64,000 bases of DNA, taken from the NCBI GenBank assembly GCA_944386675.1, contig CALXBY010000003.1:17689-81688 (forward strand). Reading direction: 5' to 3'. Shown piece by piece: positions 1 through 11,368 of the stretch (positions within the stretch are counted from its first letter, which is position 1; the number at the start of each line of letters is the position of its first letter). The DNA is from an uncultured Clostridia bacterium. Its GTDB lineage: Bacteria; Bacillota; Clostridia; TANB77; CAG-508. The notes below the pieces were generated by a model. The model was not told the DNA's origin. It ran no database searches and saw only the letters and a program-made list of their open reading frames with translations. The position numbers and the translations under genes are program-made.

Positions 1-565
1 CTAATAATTTTGAAATCTCTTCTCCTTCTTTTATATAAATAGAATATCTACTTTTTGTAATCAACTCTTTTGTGTGAACACCCATTTCGTTTAATATCTC
101 TTGTAAAATCCTCAAATTATTTTCACTTGATACCACAAATTCTAAATGATATGCATTTTCAGGATTATTAATCGAACCTGCACCTAAAAACGTTCCCCTA
201 ATAAAAGCTCTTTTCCTTTCTTCCGCCTTTGAATCATTTCCTATGTGTTTTATTTCTTCTTTCAAAAATATTTCATTTTCTATTATTTCTAGAAATGTTA
301 GTTTTGTTATATCTAATGCTTTTGTAACAATATTGAATGTTTTTCCATTCACATCTATATCATGATTTATTTCTAAATTTGATAATAATTTTGAAAATCG
401 ATTGATATTATAATCACTTTCTGTTGAAAATCGAATATTTTTTCCTTTTGTCACACTGGTATTTGCAGATATAAAATAACCAATTAATTCAAATTTCACG
501 TTTTCCTTATTAGCTAGACTATTTGTTTTGTTTAATTCTTGCTTAATATCTGATGAAAAAGACAT
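1..565 (-). CDS. whiA: DNA-binding protein WhiA, N-terminal 188 aa (C-terminus runs off window start)
   Basis: Reverse translation from ATG at 565-563 gives MSFSSDIKQELNKTNSLANKENVKFELIGYF...RAFIRGTFLGAGSINNPENAYHLEFV, the WhiA N-terminus and LAGLIDADG-like motif; GGAGAG RBS 8 nt upstream; no stop before position 1. Confidence 0.8.
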   Translation of the reverse strand, partial: MSFSSDIKQELNKTNSLANKENVKFELIGYFISANTSVTKGKNIRFSTESDYNINRFSKLLSNLEINHDIDVNGKTFNIVTKALDITKLTFLEIIENEIFLKEEIKHIGNDSKAEERKRAFIRGTFLGAGSINNPENAYHLEFVVSSENNLRILQEILNEMGVHTKELITKSRYSIYIKEGEEISKLL

Positions 566-580
566 ATTTTTCTCTCCTTT

Positions 581-703
581 TAGGGACGTGCCAAATCGTT
601 TCAAAATGAAACCAAAAGGGACAGACCCCATTACTTATTAATCTCTTAAACATTTAGGTCTGTCCCTTTTGGTTTCATTTTGAAACGATTTGGCACGTCC
701 CTA
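581..703. mobile_element. MITE-like element, family 1, minimal copy: two perfect 45-bp inverted arms (GGGACGTGCCAAATCGTTTCAAAATGAAACCAAAAGGGACAGACC) around a 29-bp spacer, flanked by TA
   Basis: Arms 583-627 and 657-701 are exact reverse complements; TA at 581-582 and 702-703; lies exactly between prmC stop (704) and whiA RBS. Confidence 0.8.
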
Positions 704-1558
704 TTAGTTCAATTTTGTTACGATGACTCTGTCATTATCATATAAATCTTTTTTGCAGTATGTTCCAACATATTGTTTTTTATCTTCTATAATTTTTATA
801 ACTTCTTCTTTTTGATCATATCCTATTTCTAAACAAATATATCCTCCATATTTTAAATATTGATAGCCTTGGTCTATGATTTTTCTATAAAATTCTAATC
901 CGTCTTTTCCTCCATCTAATGCTACTTTTGGTTCTCTTTTTACTTCTTTATCTAATTTTTCAATCTCTTCACTTCTTATATAAGGAGGATTTGAAACAAT
1001 GATATCATATTTTTCTTGTGCTAAATCTTGAAATAAATTAGATTCTACAAATGTAATTCTATCTTGTACATGATTATTTTTTGCATTTGCAATAGCTATA
1101 TCTAATGCTTTTCCACTAATATCTAAAGCTGTTAACTGTACATTTTCTAAATATTTTGCCAGAGAAATAGCAATTGCCCCACTACCTGTACATAAATCTA
1201 ATATCTTTTTTGCTTTTATTTTTTTTGCTATTTGAATTACTTCTTCTACTAAAACTTCTGTATCTTGTCTTGGTATTAATACATTTTCATCTACATAAAA
1301 ATTCAGTTTCATAAATTCTTTTTGATGTGTTATATGCTCTATTGGCTCTCCTTGTTTTAATAATTCAATATATTCTAAATATTCCTGTTCCTGCATCTGT
1401 GTTAATTTTTGGTTATCATATACAATTAAATATTGTCTTGGCTTTTTTAAAACATATTGCAATAATAATCTTGCTTTTAATTTGGGTGATGTTATTTTCT
1501 CTAATTTTAATAATGTTACTCCTTTTATCATCGCTTGTTTAATTGTCATATGATACAC
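704..1558 (-). CDS. prmC: release factor glutamine N5-methyltransferase PrmC/HemK
   Basis: 284 aa; LDLCTGSGAIAISL SAM motif and NPPY catalytic motif. Confidence 0.9.
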   Translation of the reverse strand: MYHMTIKQAMIKGVTLLKLEKITSPKLKARLLLQYVLKKPRQYLIVYDNQKLTQMQEQEYLEYIELLKQGEPIEHITHQKEFMKLNFYVDENVLIPRQDTEVLVEEVIQIAKKIKAKKILDLCTGSGAIAISLAKYLENVQLTALDISGKALDIAIANAKNNHVQDRITFVESNLFQDLAQEKYDIIVSNPPYIRSEEIEKLDKEVKREPKVALDGGKDGLEFYRKIIDQGYQYLKYGGYICLEIGYDQKEEVIKIIEDKKQYVGTYCKKDLYDNDRVIVTKLN

Positions 1559-1687
1559 CTTCTTTCATAAAGAATCCCTCTTTTTTGTTTCGTTTACTGT
1601 AATTATTCTATCATTATGTATATAAAAAAACAAGGACAAATCTCGTTTTTTATTGTATAGGAAATTACTTTTATATAATAAAAAAAA

Positions 1688-1900
1688 GCCCCGCCTTAGC
1701 CGTCAGCTTTTTAATTTTTAAGGACCTGCTCCTAAAAACAGGTGGGTGCCTACCTAAATACTTATGGGCTTCTCACTTTTATAATGTGAGCTTGCACGCC
1801 ATATTCCAGAGATCAGCCCCTCTTAAAATTTGTTGGTTCTAAAAATTATGCTCTTACGTACTATGCAGGGATTTCATGTAATCCTTATTAGATTATCTAT
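1688..1900 (-). ncRNA. GC-rich island (~210 nt) in AT-rich non-coding DNA; candidate structured RNA of unassigned class, strand uncertain
   Basis: No ORF in 1559-2104; local GC far above surroundings; on the minus strand the segment ends in GGCGGGGC followed by a T9 run (terminator-like) ~100 nt upstream of prmC; several short hairpins (GGATTtcatgtAATCC, CTCACttttataaTGTGAG). Confidence 0.25.
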
Positions 1901-2104
1901 ATATTAACATATCTAAATACTTTTTACAACTGCCTTTTTCTTTTTTAATTATACCTTTTCTTTATTTATATTATTTTATCTCACTTTTTCATATTTATTC
2001 TCTTTTTCTTTCCTTTTTCTTAACTTGATTTTAAACATAAATTATGTTAAAATATATTTATATTTGTGAGTATTTGGAGGCTTTGATGCCTTCTTTTTTT
2101 GTTC

Positions 2105-2780
2105 TTACATGACATATAATAATATGCAGAAAAATTGTAATATGCTACCTAATAATATAAACATATGAAAAATAGAATGCATCCATTTATGTTTTTTTCC
2201 AACACCATAAAGAATCGCTCCTATAGAATAAGCAATTCCTCCTGCTAATAATAGGCTAAATCCTGCTATTCCTAATAATGATGGTAATAAATTTATTTTT
2301 ACAATAATACACCATCCCATGACCAAATAACATATCATTGAAAACTTTTTATATTTCTTTATATCAATTGAATTTAAAATAATTCCTAATATCGCCATAG
2401 CCCATATAATTCCAAATATCGTCCATCCGGGTTGCTGTATCATATTCTCTTAAAGTACATAATGCAAATGGTGTATAAGAACCTGCTATTAGCAAAAATA
2501 TAGAGCAATGGTCTAGCACCTGAAATACTCTTTTAGAATATCTCTTTGGACTTAGTCCATGATAAATACTAGACATAGTATATAATATAATCATTGTAGC
2601 ACCATAAATTGCACCACTAACTACTCCATATGCATTTCCTCTAATTGCTGCAAATACAATACACAAAACTGTTGCAACAATTCCTAAAGCTGCACCTACA
2701 ATATGTGAAGTCATATTAAATATTTCTTCACCTTTTGTATATTGGGGTAATATTCTATCTTTTAATTTGATTCTATTCAT
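2105..2780 (-). pseudogene. hemolysin III / PAQR family membrane protein, apparently frameshifted (two overlapping ORFs 2364-2780 and 2105-2443)
   Basis: N-terminal ORF MNRIKLKDR...YTPFALCTLRE and C-terminal ORF ...QQPGWTIFGIIWAMAILGI together match HlyIII topology; frame change near 2440-2460. Confidence 0.5.
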
Positions 2781-2970
2781 ATTTTTCTCCTATATTTTAA
2801 TCATATTCTTAAATATAATTTGTACACATTTTTTATATTTACAATTTATAGTTTTTTGTCATTTCTATATCTGTTGCTATTATAACATTTTCATACATGT
2901 AAGTAAATAAATATATAATAATTACTCTTCGCAGTTTTTTCTATATTATGACATTCTTTTTTATTTATAA

Positions 2971-3846
2971 TTATATATCTATGTCCTTATATGTTGTTAC
3001 TATCTTAGCTCCCTGCTTTATTAAATCATTTGTTCCTACTGAATTTATCTCATCAATATTTCCTGGTACTACATATACATCTCTTCCTTGTTCTAATGCA
3101 AAATCCACAGTAATTAAAGTTCCACTTTTCTTTTTGGCTTCAATGACTATAATTCCTTTACTCATTCCACTAATAATTCTATTTCTAGCTGGAAAATTCA
3201 TCTTAGCAGGCTCTACTCCTAATGGATATTCAGATAAAATTGCCCCATTTTCTCCTATTATTTTATCATACAAATATTGATTTTCTTTAGGATATACAAT
3301 ATCTAATCCACTTCCAATAACCCCCACTGTTATTCCTTTGGCTTTTATTGTACCTATATGTGACCAACTATCAATTCCTTTTGCTAATCCACTAATGATA
3401 TTAATATCTTTTTTAGCTAAATTATATGAAAAATATTGTGCCATTTTTATTCCATATTGGCTTGCATCTCTACAACCAACAATCCCTATTGACTGATTAT
3501 TTAATATTTTTAGGTTTCCTTTTATATACAAAGATATGGGATAATCATATATATTTTTTAAAATTTGCGGATATTCTACATCTTCAACTGTTATTATATT
3601 CACATTTTGTTTTTTCATTTTTTCTATATATTTATCTATTTTTTCTCTTTCTTCTTTATTTAATATATTATCTGCTATTATCCCATTAAATCCTTTTATT
3701 TTTATAATTTCCTCTTTTTTTAGATTATATATTTTCTCTGGCGTTTTATATATTTCCAATAATTTTTGTTTTCTTTTACTTCCTAATCCTTTTACTAAAG
3801 ATAGCCAAATCCAATATTTTTTGTTCTTCAAATTTTCTATATTCAT
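2971..3846 (-). CDS. dprA: DNA processing protein DprA/Smf
   Basis: 291 aa; IVGCRDASQYG...GLAKGIDSWSH...GVIGSGLDIVYP...FPARNRIISG Rossmann-like DprA motifs. Confidence 0.85.
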   Translation of the reverse strand: MNIENLKNKKYWIWLSLVKGLGSKRKQKLLEIYKTPEKIYNLKKEEIIKIKGFNGIIADNILNKEEREKIDKYIEKMKKQNVNIITVEDVEYPQILKNIYDYPISLYIKGNLKILNNQSIGIVGCRDASQYGIKMAQYFSYNLAKKDINIISGLAKGIDSWSHIGTIKAKGITVGVIGSGLDIVYPKENQYLYDKIIGENGAILSEYPLGVEPAKMNFPARNRIISGMSKGIIVIEAKKKSGTLITVDFALEQGRDVYVVPGNIDEINSVGTNDLIKQGAKIVTTYKDIDI

Positions 3847-3854
3847 TCCTCCTA

Positions 3855-3890
3855 AAAACCCAAAAAGACACTTTTAAAAGTGCCCCTTTA
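3855..3890 (-). terminator. putative rho-independent terminator after folD
   Basis: minus-strand GGCACTTTTAAAAGTGTC hairpin followed by TTTTTGGGTTTTT. Confidence 0.4.
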
Positions 3891-3894
3891 TTTT

Positions 3895-4743
3895 TTATTT
3901 ATTTTGATTTATTGTTGCTTTTATAACATTATTCATAAGCATTGCTACTGTCATTGGTCCCACTCCCCCTGGAACTGGCGTAATATAGCTTGCTTTTTCC
4001 TTTACATTTTCAAAATCTACATCTCCTGTTATTTTTTTATCTGTGCCTCTATTAATTCCAACATCTATAACAACTGCTCCTTCTTTTACCATATCAGCTG
4101 TTACAAAATTTGGTTTCCCAATAGCAGCTACTAATATATCTGCATTTCTTGTTTTTTCCTTTAAATCTTTCGTTCTTGAATGACAGATTGTTACAGTTGC
4201 ATGCTTATTTAAGCAGCATGCCATAAGTGGTTTTCCTACAATGTTACTTCTTCCTATAATTACTAAGTTTTTTCCTTCTAAATCTATATTATACTCTTCA
4301 AACATTTTCATAATGCCATATGGTGTACAAGATATAAATGTATCTTGATTTAATAATAACTTTCCTACATTTACTGGATTAAATCCGTCAACATCTTTTT
4401 CATATGAAATTTCTCTAAAAGCTTCATCTATATCTAAATGTTTTGGAATAGGACTTTGTAATAAAATTCCATTTACAGTTTTATCTTCATTTAAGGTATG
4501 TATTAATTCAATTAATTCTTTTTGCGTAATATTTTCATTTAATATATGTTCTTCATATTTTACACCAATTTCATCACATGCTTTACTTTTATTTCTAACA
4601 TATACCTTTGATGCTGGATCATCTCCTACCATGATGACAGCAAATTTAGGTATGATTCCTTTTGCCTTTAAATTTTCACATTCTATTTTTAAATTTTCTC
4701 TTACGTTTTTTGCTAATGTTTTTCCATCTATTATTACAGCCAT
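3895..4743 (-). CDS. folD: bifunctional methylenetetrahydrofolate dehydrogenase/cyclohydrolase FolD
   Basis: MAVIIDGK...VGDDPASKVYVRNK...IIGRSNIVGKP...TPVPGGVGPMT; start taken at internal Met 8 of the track ORF. Confidence 0.9.
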   Translation of the reverse strand: MAVIIDGKTLAKNVRENLKIECENLKAKGIIPKFAVIMVGDDPASKVYVRNKSKACDEIGVKYEEHILNENITQKELIELIHTLNEDKTVNGILLQSPIPKHLDIDEAFREISYEKDVDGFNPVNVGKLLLNQDTFISCTPYGIMKMFEEYNIDLEGKNLVIIGRSNIVGKPLMACCLNKHATVTICHSRTKDLKEKTRNADILVAAIGKPNFVTADMVKEGAVVIDVGINRGTDKKITGDVDFENVKEKASYITPVPGGVGPMTVAMLMNNVIKATINQNK

Positions 4744-5069
4744 TTTTTCTATTTTACAGAGCATATATTTACACTCTATATCTCCTTTCTTTTTTTCTTA
4801 ACTGATTATATACTAACACATTTCTTTTTGCAAGAACAAATCTTGTATCTTCAAAAATTCTTTTCTAAATTTTAAATCACATACTTTATTTTAATTTTTG
4901 AAAGTGGTATAAGAACTTATCCATATAAAAAGCTATCCTGTTTTTATTTATTTTAACAGAATAGCCTTTGAAAAAAAGGGGATGTTTATGATTATTAATA
5001 TACTATCTGTATATGGATTATTCTTGCATGAAATGTGAATTATATGTGAATTCCCCTTTGTTTTATTTT

Positions 5070-5786
5070 TTATTCATCTATAACATTTTCATTACTATCT
5101 TTTATTATATAACCAGTTAAATCTGGTAATGTAACCTCCTCTTTGGTAAGTGCATTAAATTGATAATGATATGTTGAAATATTGCTATACATATTTTTAT
5201 CTTCATCTGATGAAACACCATTCATTGTTCCTATCATTCGATAATTTTCTTTATCTACCCATATAGAATGTTCTTCAGAATCCAAAAAGTTGAATGAAAT
5301 TTTATAGGCTTTTTCATCATTCCATCTAGTACTGCTAATACTTGTTAGCATAGATAATTGTATCAATGGCCATATATCATTACTTGATGGCAGTCCTGTA
5401 GCAACTCCAGCATTTGGAATCAATATAGCATCTTCATTATATTCTATTTTCGTTGCTATTTTTTCTCCATTAATATCTGTGATAATCCATGTTTCTTGTT
5501 CCTTATCATCTATGTAGATGCTTCTTTTCGCTAATTGTTCTTTTTCTAAAGAAGTATATGTCAACATTTTTCTTTCTCCACATATCCATAGTTCTGTAAT
5601 TCCATCGACTATATTATATGTTTTAGAATAATAATTTGTACTTTTTCTATCTTCTTCTTCTTGAATTGCAATTTGTCTTAGGATTAAAAATTTTCGAAAC
5701 GTGATTAATAAAAATATAAATAATAAAATTAATACAATAATTAAAATTTTCACACTTAATTTCATCTTTTTCTTTTCCATATTCAT
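5070..5786 (-). CDS. hypothetical membrane-anchored protein (N-terminal TM helix, no recognised domain)
   Basis: 238 aa ORF; KLSVKILIIVLILLFIFLLITF hydrophobic anchor; long-loop hairpin plus T-run 4985-5063 downstream. Confidence 0.5.
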   Translation of the reverse strand: MNMEKKKMKLSVKILIIVLILLFIFLLITFRKFLILRQIAIQEEEDRKSTNYYSKTYNIVDGITELWICGERKMLTYTSLEKEQLAKRSIYIDDKEQETWIITDINGEKIATKIEYNEDAILIPNAGVATGLPSSNDIWPLIQLSMLTSISSTRWNDEKAYKISFNFLDSEEHSIWVDKENYRMIGTMNGVSSDEDKNMYSNISTYHYQFNALTKEEVTLPDLTGYIIKDSNENVIDE

Positions 5787-5823
5787 TCCCCTTTTATCAT
5801 TATTCTCTTATTAAAATATTTTT

Positions 5824-6441
5824 CTAAATTTCTATTTTATATTCTTTTAATAATGTTAAAACATCTTGACTATCATTCGGCTTTACTTTTCTTCCTAGTA
5901 TTCCTAGTCTATTTGCCGTTTCAAAGCTTTTTCCTGTGTCATCATCATCAATAAATAAACATTCTTCCGCTTTTAAATGATATTTATTTAGTAATGTCTT
6001 AAATATTTTTTCATCTGGCTTTACTAGATGTTCATAAGCCGATATGATAATTCCATTACATAATTTAAAGAAATCAATTTCTTGAAAATATTCATATGTA
6101 AATGCTGCCATATTAGATAAAACATATATATGATATCCCTTTTCTTTTAATTTCTTTGCGATTTCTATAGTATCTTCATTTACTATTAAATATTTACATC
6201 TTTTATCCATAACATCTTTAATAAGTTTACTATATTCCTTTGGTGCTTTTTCTTGCATTCTAATTATTGCTTCTTCTTTACTTATATTTCCTAAATCTAA
6301 TAATTTCCACTCTTCTGTTTTAAATATATATTCTTTCAATTCTTTTGATATTTTTTCATTCTTTGTAAAATGCATTAATGTTTCAATACTTGAACCTTTT
6401 ATAATCACATTTCCTAAATCAAATATTATATTTTTTATCAT
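5824..6441 (-). CDS. HAD-superfamily hydrolase
   Basis: IIFDLGNVI motif I, VLSN motif II, FIDDDD motif IV. Confidence 0.7.
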   Translation of the reverse strand: MIKNIIFDLGNVIIKGSSIETLMHFTKNEKISKELKEYIFKTEEWKLLDLGNISKEEAIIRMQEKAPKEYSKLIKDVMDKRCKYLIVNEDTIEIAKKLKEKGYHIYVLSNMAAFTYEYFQEIDFFKLCNGIIISAYEHLVKPDEKIFKTLLNKYHLKAEECLFIDDDDTGKSFETANRLGILGRKVKPNDSQDVLTLLKEYKIEI

Positions 6442-6465
6442 TTTTTCATCCCTTCTTATTCTTTT

Positions 6466-6720
6466 TTATTGCTCTTCATCAGATATTCCTATACGATACT
6501 CAATATTTTCCATATGTGGAAACATTTCCTTCACCCTTTTTAAAGTAAGCATTGTCATCTTAGGTTGTGGATTTTTAGGATTTGTTGATAATAATTTTTG
6601 CGTATAGCAATTAGATGCTGTTTTAAATAATAAATATCGATTTCTTACATAGGTATAGTAAATTTGATACCCATCATCTAAATCTTCCCACATCATTTCA
6701 AATGTATAATTTTTGTCCAT
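6466..6720 (-). CDS. small hypothetical protein (84 aa)
   Basis: ORF with AAAGGAGG RBS at 6724-6731; no recognisable motif. Confidence 0.4.
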   Translation of the reverse strand: MDKNYTFEMMWEDLDDGYQIYYTYVRNRYLLFKTASNCYTQKLLSTNPKNPQPKMTMLTLKRVKEMFPHMENIEYRIGISDEEQ

Positions 6721-6735
6721 TTTTCCTCCTTTTGT

Positions 6736-6953
6736 CCAATTGAGAGATTTTGAGGGATTTTGGGGACGGACTCATTTTTCCCTTTTTTAGTTTAAAAAAT
6801 CGATTATATATAAGTTCTGTATATGTAAATTTAACTTAAAAAAACAAGTTCGTTATACATAAAACCATCTAATGATATTATGTTTCTATACTTATTAATA
6901 CAAAAAGGGAAAAATGAGTCCGTCCCCAAAATCCCTCAAAATGCCTCAATTGG
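6736..6953. mobile_element. MITE-like element, family 3: ~47-bp near-perfect terminal inverted repeats (CCAATTGAG[a/g]GATTTTGAGGGATTTTGGGGACGGACTCATTTTTCCC) around a 123-bp AT-rich core
   Basis: 6736-6782 versus reverse complement of 6907-6953 differ only at 6745-6748 (GAGAGATT vs GAGGCATT); sits between ligA stop (6958) and the RBS of the 84-aa ORF. Confidence 0.75.
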
Positions 6954-6957
6954 ATAT

Positions 6958-8976
<2,019 letters not shown>

Positions 8977-9061
8977 TTATTCATTTAGGGTCCATCGGGG
9001 ACGTTTCTTTTTGGACATTTTTTGTATTTTTTCTTTCTTATTATATACAAATGGAATAAAA

Positions 9062-9093
9062 AAATAAAGGAATTTTTGTAAATTCCTTTATTT
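9062..9093 (-). terminator. perfect 14-bp palindromic hairpin terminator after the pilin-like gene
   Basis: AAATAAAGGAATTT TTGT AAATTCCTTTATTT. Confidence 0.6.
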
Positions 9094-9156
9094 AAAATTA
9101 CAAATTATTTTTTTATTCCTTCACTTTTTTATTCATGGCTAATATTATCTTAAAGC

Positions 9157-11214
9157 TTACGGACAAAACACTGCACGGAACGATTCGTTGCCAACACTGT
9201 TACCAAGACTACCTGTAGAGCAAAACACGCCTGCACCGTTATTGCTAGTATAATCTCCTCCGCGTCCGAAAAATGGACCACTCGTATATGCAAAATAAGA
9301 ATTGTCACTAAACCATGCTACTGCACTACTATTGTTAGTACGTACTTCTTTTATGGCATCTCCTATTTTACAGATAGCATATGCATTATTCATTGACGAA
9401 TTTGAACTATTACTATATGTTGTTATATATTTAGTACTGATATAATTTCCTTCTCCGTCTTTTGCTTCTCGTGTCATTTTTAGTCCATAACTAAAATTAG
9501 CAAGATATGAACTTGATCCTAATTTATTAAAGTCTGCTGTTCTCTCATGTGTTCCTCCCGCCATATCATATATTCCATATATATTTCCGGTTGTACTTGC
9601 CTTTGCTCCTATTTCTGTATTATATGCATTTGCTGTTCCTGAAACGGAACTTACATCTCCGCCAACAGCTCCACCGCCATTTCCTGTTATAAAGCTTCTA
9701 CTATTATTCGTATCGATCTCATTTCCATTTCTTCCATATTGACTTTGTGTTAAATATGCCACTGCTCCCCATTCACTATTTTTTGCTAAATGGCTATCCA
9801 TAAAACTTGTATGGTTGTATTCTGTTCCTCCTGACGTGATTGTGTTTTGAGTTCCTGTATATCCATACGTTGCATTTCTTGCCTCTACATATTGATCTCC
9901 TATTGGCTCATTTCTTAAACTTGCTATATCAGGTACACTTTGTAAATTTGATGAATTTCCACTCATCTCATATTTTGCAAACCAAAATCCTGCTAAGTCT
10001 TCATCCCATTCTCCATTTACATATCCATTACTGCTTCCATCACAAAATGCTGGATGTACGATATATTTATTTCCATTGTAATCCACTGTTTCAATTCCTT
10101 CATCTAATTTATATTTTAATGTTCCATCATTTTTCCACATTCCCCATCCATCATAAAATCCTGTGGGTTCTGTCGAACTCGTAGCATCATAATATGTAAT
10201 CCTATATGCATATCTTGGTATCCATACAAAATAACTTCCATTTGCTGTTTTTGCATTTGCCCATTTACTTGTCGTATTGTCTATTGGTCCATTTTCATCT
10301 CTGTTCGATACAGGATTATAGTTATACCAATTTGATATATCTGCTGTTTCATCTTCTGTCCATGTTTGCGAATTTTCATCATAACTCCATGTCACTGGTG
10401 TCATTGTTTCATTATTTGCACTTAATACTGGTGCATTAGGTTCACTTGATACTTGGTTCTCTTCTGTTAGCCATATTACATCTATTGTTCCATAACTTGT
10501 TGAAAAGCTTATTCCTGCATTTGGCTCACTGTCTTCTGTTGGCGTTGTTACAACTGTTACTATACATTCTGCTGTATACTCTCCATAATTTACCGTTATT
10601 TTTGCTGTTTTTCCTGCCGCATTTCCTGCTTTTAACTCAATTATGTTTTCTCTTATTTCTTCTACTTTTACAACACTTTCATTTGAAGATATAGCAGTTA
10701 ATATATTTCCTTCTGAATCCTCTATATTTGTTGGTTCTCTTGATACAATAATTCCATTATCTGTCATTGTCATTAAATAGTATTTTCCTCTGACCACTGC
10801 ATAATATTGCATTCCATCTGCATTTCCTTCATAAGTTACCGTTATACTTATTGTTGCACCTTTTTCTACAGTTAAACTATTACTATCTAATTTTATACCG
10901 GTTATGTTATTTCCCACTGCTGTAGCAATTTCATATCCATCTGTTTGCAATTGATTTACGATGTCTTCCATCGTGATATCTGGTTGTGGATATGTATTTC
11001 CCATTAATTTAGAAGTATAAATTAAGTTTGCTGCTTCCTCTATTTCAGAAAGTTCTGTCTGAATAGCTGCATCATTTGCCTTTGTCAAAATTCCATTTTC
11101 TCCTGTTAATGTCGCAATTGTTACACCTGCAAGTATTAATAACACAATGATTGTGATGACTAACGCAATTAAGGTAATACCATTATTCTTTTTGTTTTTT
11201 AACTTTTCCCTCAT
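9157..11214 (-). CDS. large exported protein: prepilin-like N-terminal hydrophobic segment, Ig-like (Big_2-type) middle, C-terminal formylglycine-generating-enzyme (FGE/SUMF1)-like domain
   Basis: 685 aa; N-term KKNNGITLIALVITIIVLLILAGV (pilin-like but Ala at +5); C-term GIYDMAGGTHE...GPFFGRGGDY...SFRAVFCP resembles the FGE-sulfatase fold. Confidence 0.65.
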   Translation of the reverse strand: MREKLKNKKNNGITLIALVITIIVLLILAGVTIATLTGENGILTKANDAAIQTELSEIEEAANLIYTSKLMGNTYPQPDITMEDIVNQLQTDGYEIATAVGNNITGIKLDSNSLTVEKGATISITVTYEGNADGMQYYAVVRGKYYLMTMTDNGIIVSREPTNIEDSEGNILTAISSNESVVKVEEIRENIIELKAGNAAGKTAKITVNYGEYTAECIVTVVTTPTEDSEPNAGISFSTSYGTIDVIWLTEENQVSSEPNAPVLSANNETMTPVTWSYDENSQTWTEDETADISNWYNYNPVSNRDENGPIDNTTSKWANAKTANGSYFVWIPRYAYRITYYDATSSTEPTGFYDGWGMWKNDGTLKYKLDEGIETVDYNGNKYIVHPAFCDGSSNGYVNGEWDEDLAGFWFAKYEMSGNSSNLQSVPDIASLRNEPIGDQYVEARNATYGYTGTQNTITSGGTEYNHTSFMDSHLAKNSEWGAVAYLTQSQYGRNGNEIDTNNSRSFITGNGGGAVGGDVSSVSGTANAYNTEIGAKASTTGNIYGIYDMAGGTHERTADFNKLGSSSYLANFSYGLKMTREAKDGEGNYISTKYITTYSNSSNSSMNNAYAICKIGDAIKEVRTNNSSAVAWFSDNSYFAYTSGPFFGRGGDYTSNNGAGVFCSTGSLGNSVGNESFRAVFCP

Positions 11215-11368
11215 TTGTTTTCTCCTTTTTTTCTTAATTTATTTATATACTCTTAACATTAAAAACTTTTAAACGCAAAAAAGACAGCAATATAAACCTA
11301 AATTTTATAGGTTTATATCACTATCTTTTTTCTTATTTATATCAATTATTTTATTAACTAAACATATT

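Noticed and set aside
1688-1900. SRP RNA, T-box leader, tRNA or tmRNA identity for the GC-rich island
   Set aside because: I could not find the universally conserved SRP domain-IV sequence (GGAAGGAAGCAGC), the T-box sequence, a T-psi-C GTTCGA box or a CCA-terminated acceptor. It is left as an unassigned candidate.
8981-9016. GGGTCCATCGGGGACGTTTCTTTTTGGACA upstream of ligA as another copy of the repeat families
   Set aside because: It shares only the GGGGACG box and has no convincing inverted partner. It is mentioned only as a weak relative.
9840-10694. Many plus-strand ORFs (60-170 aa) nested inside minus-strand genes, e.g. 1327-1542, 7865-8245, 9840-10694, 12664-13104, 37228-37746, 58135-58518
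   Set aside because: They are antisense to well-supported genes, have Leu/Phe/Ile/Ser-rich low-complexity translations typical of AT-rich antisense frames, and lack RBSs.
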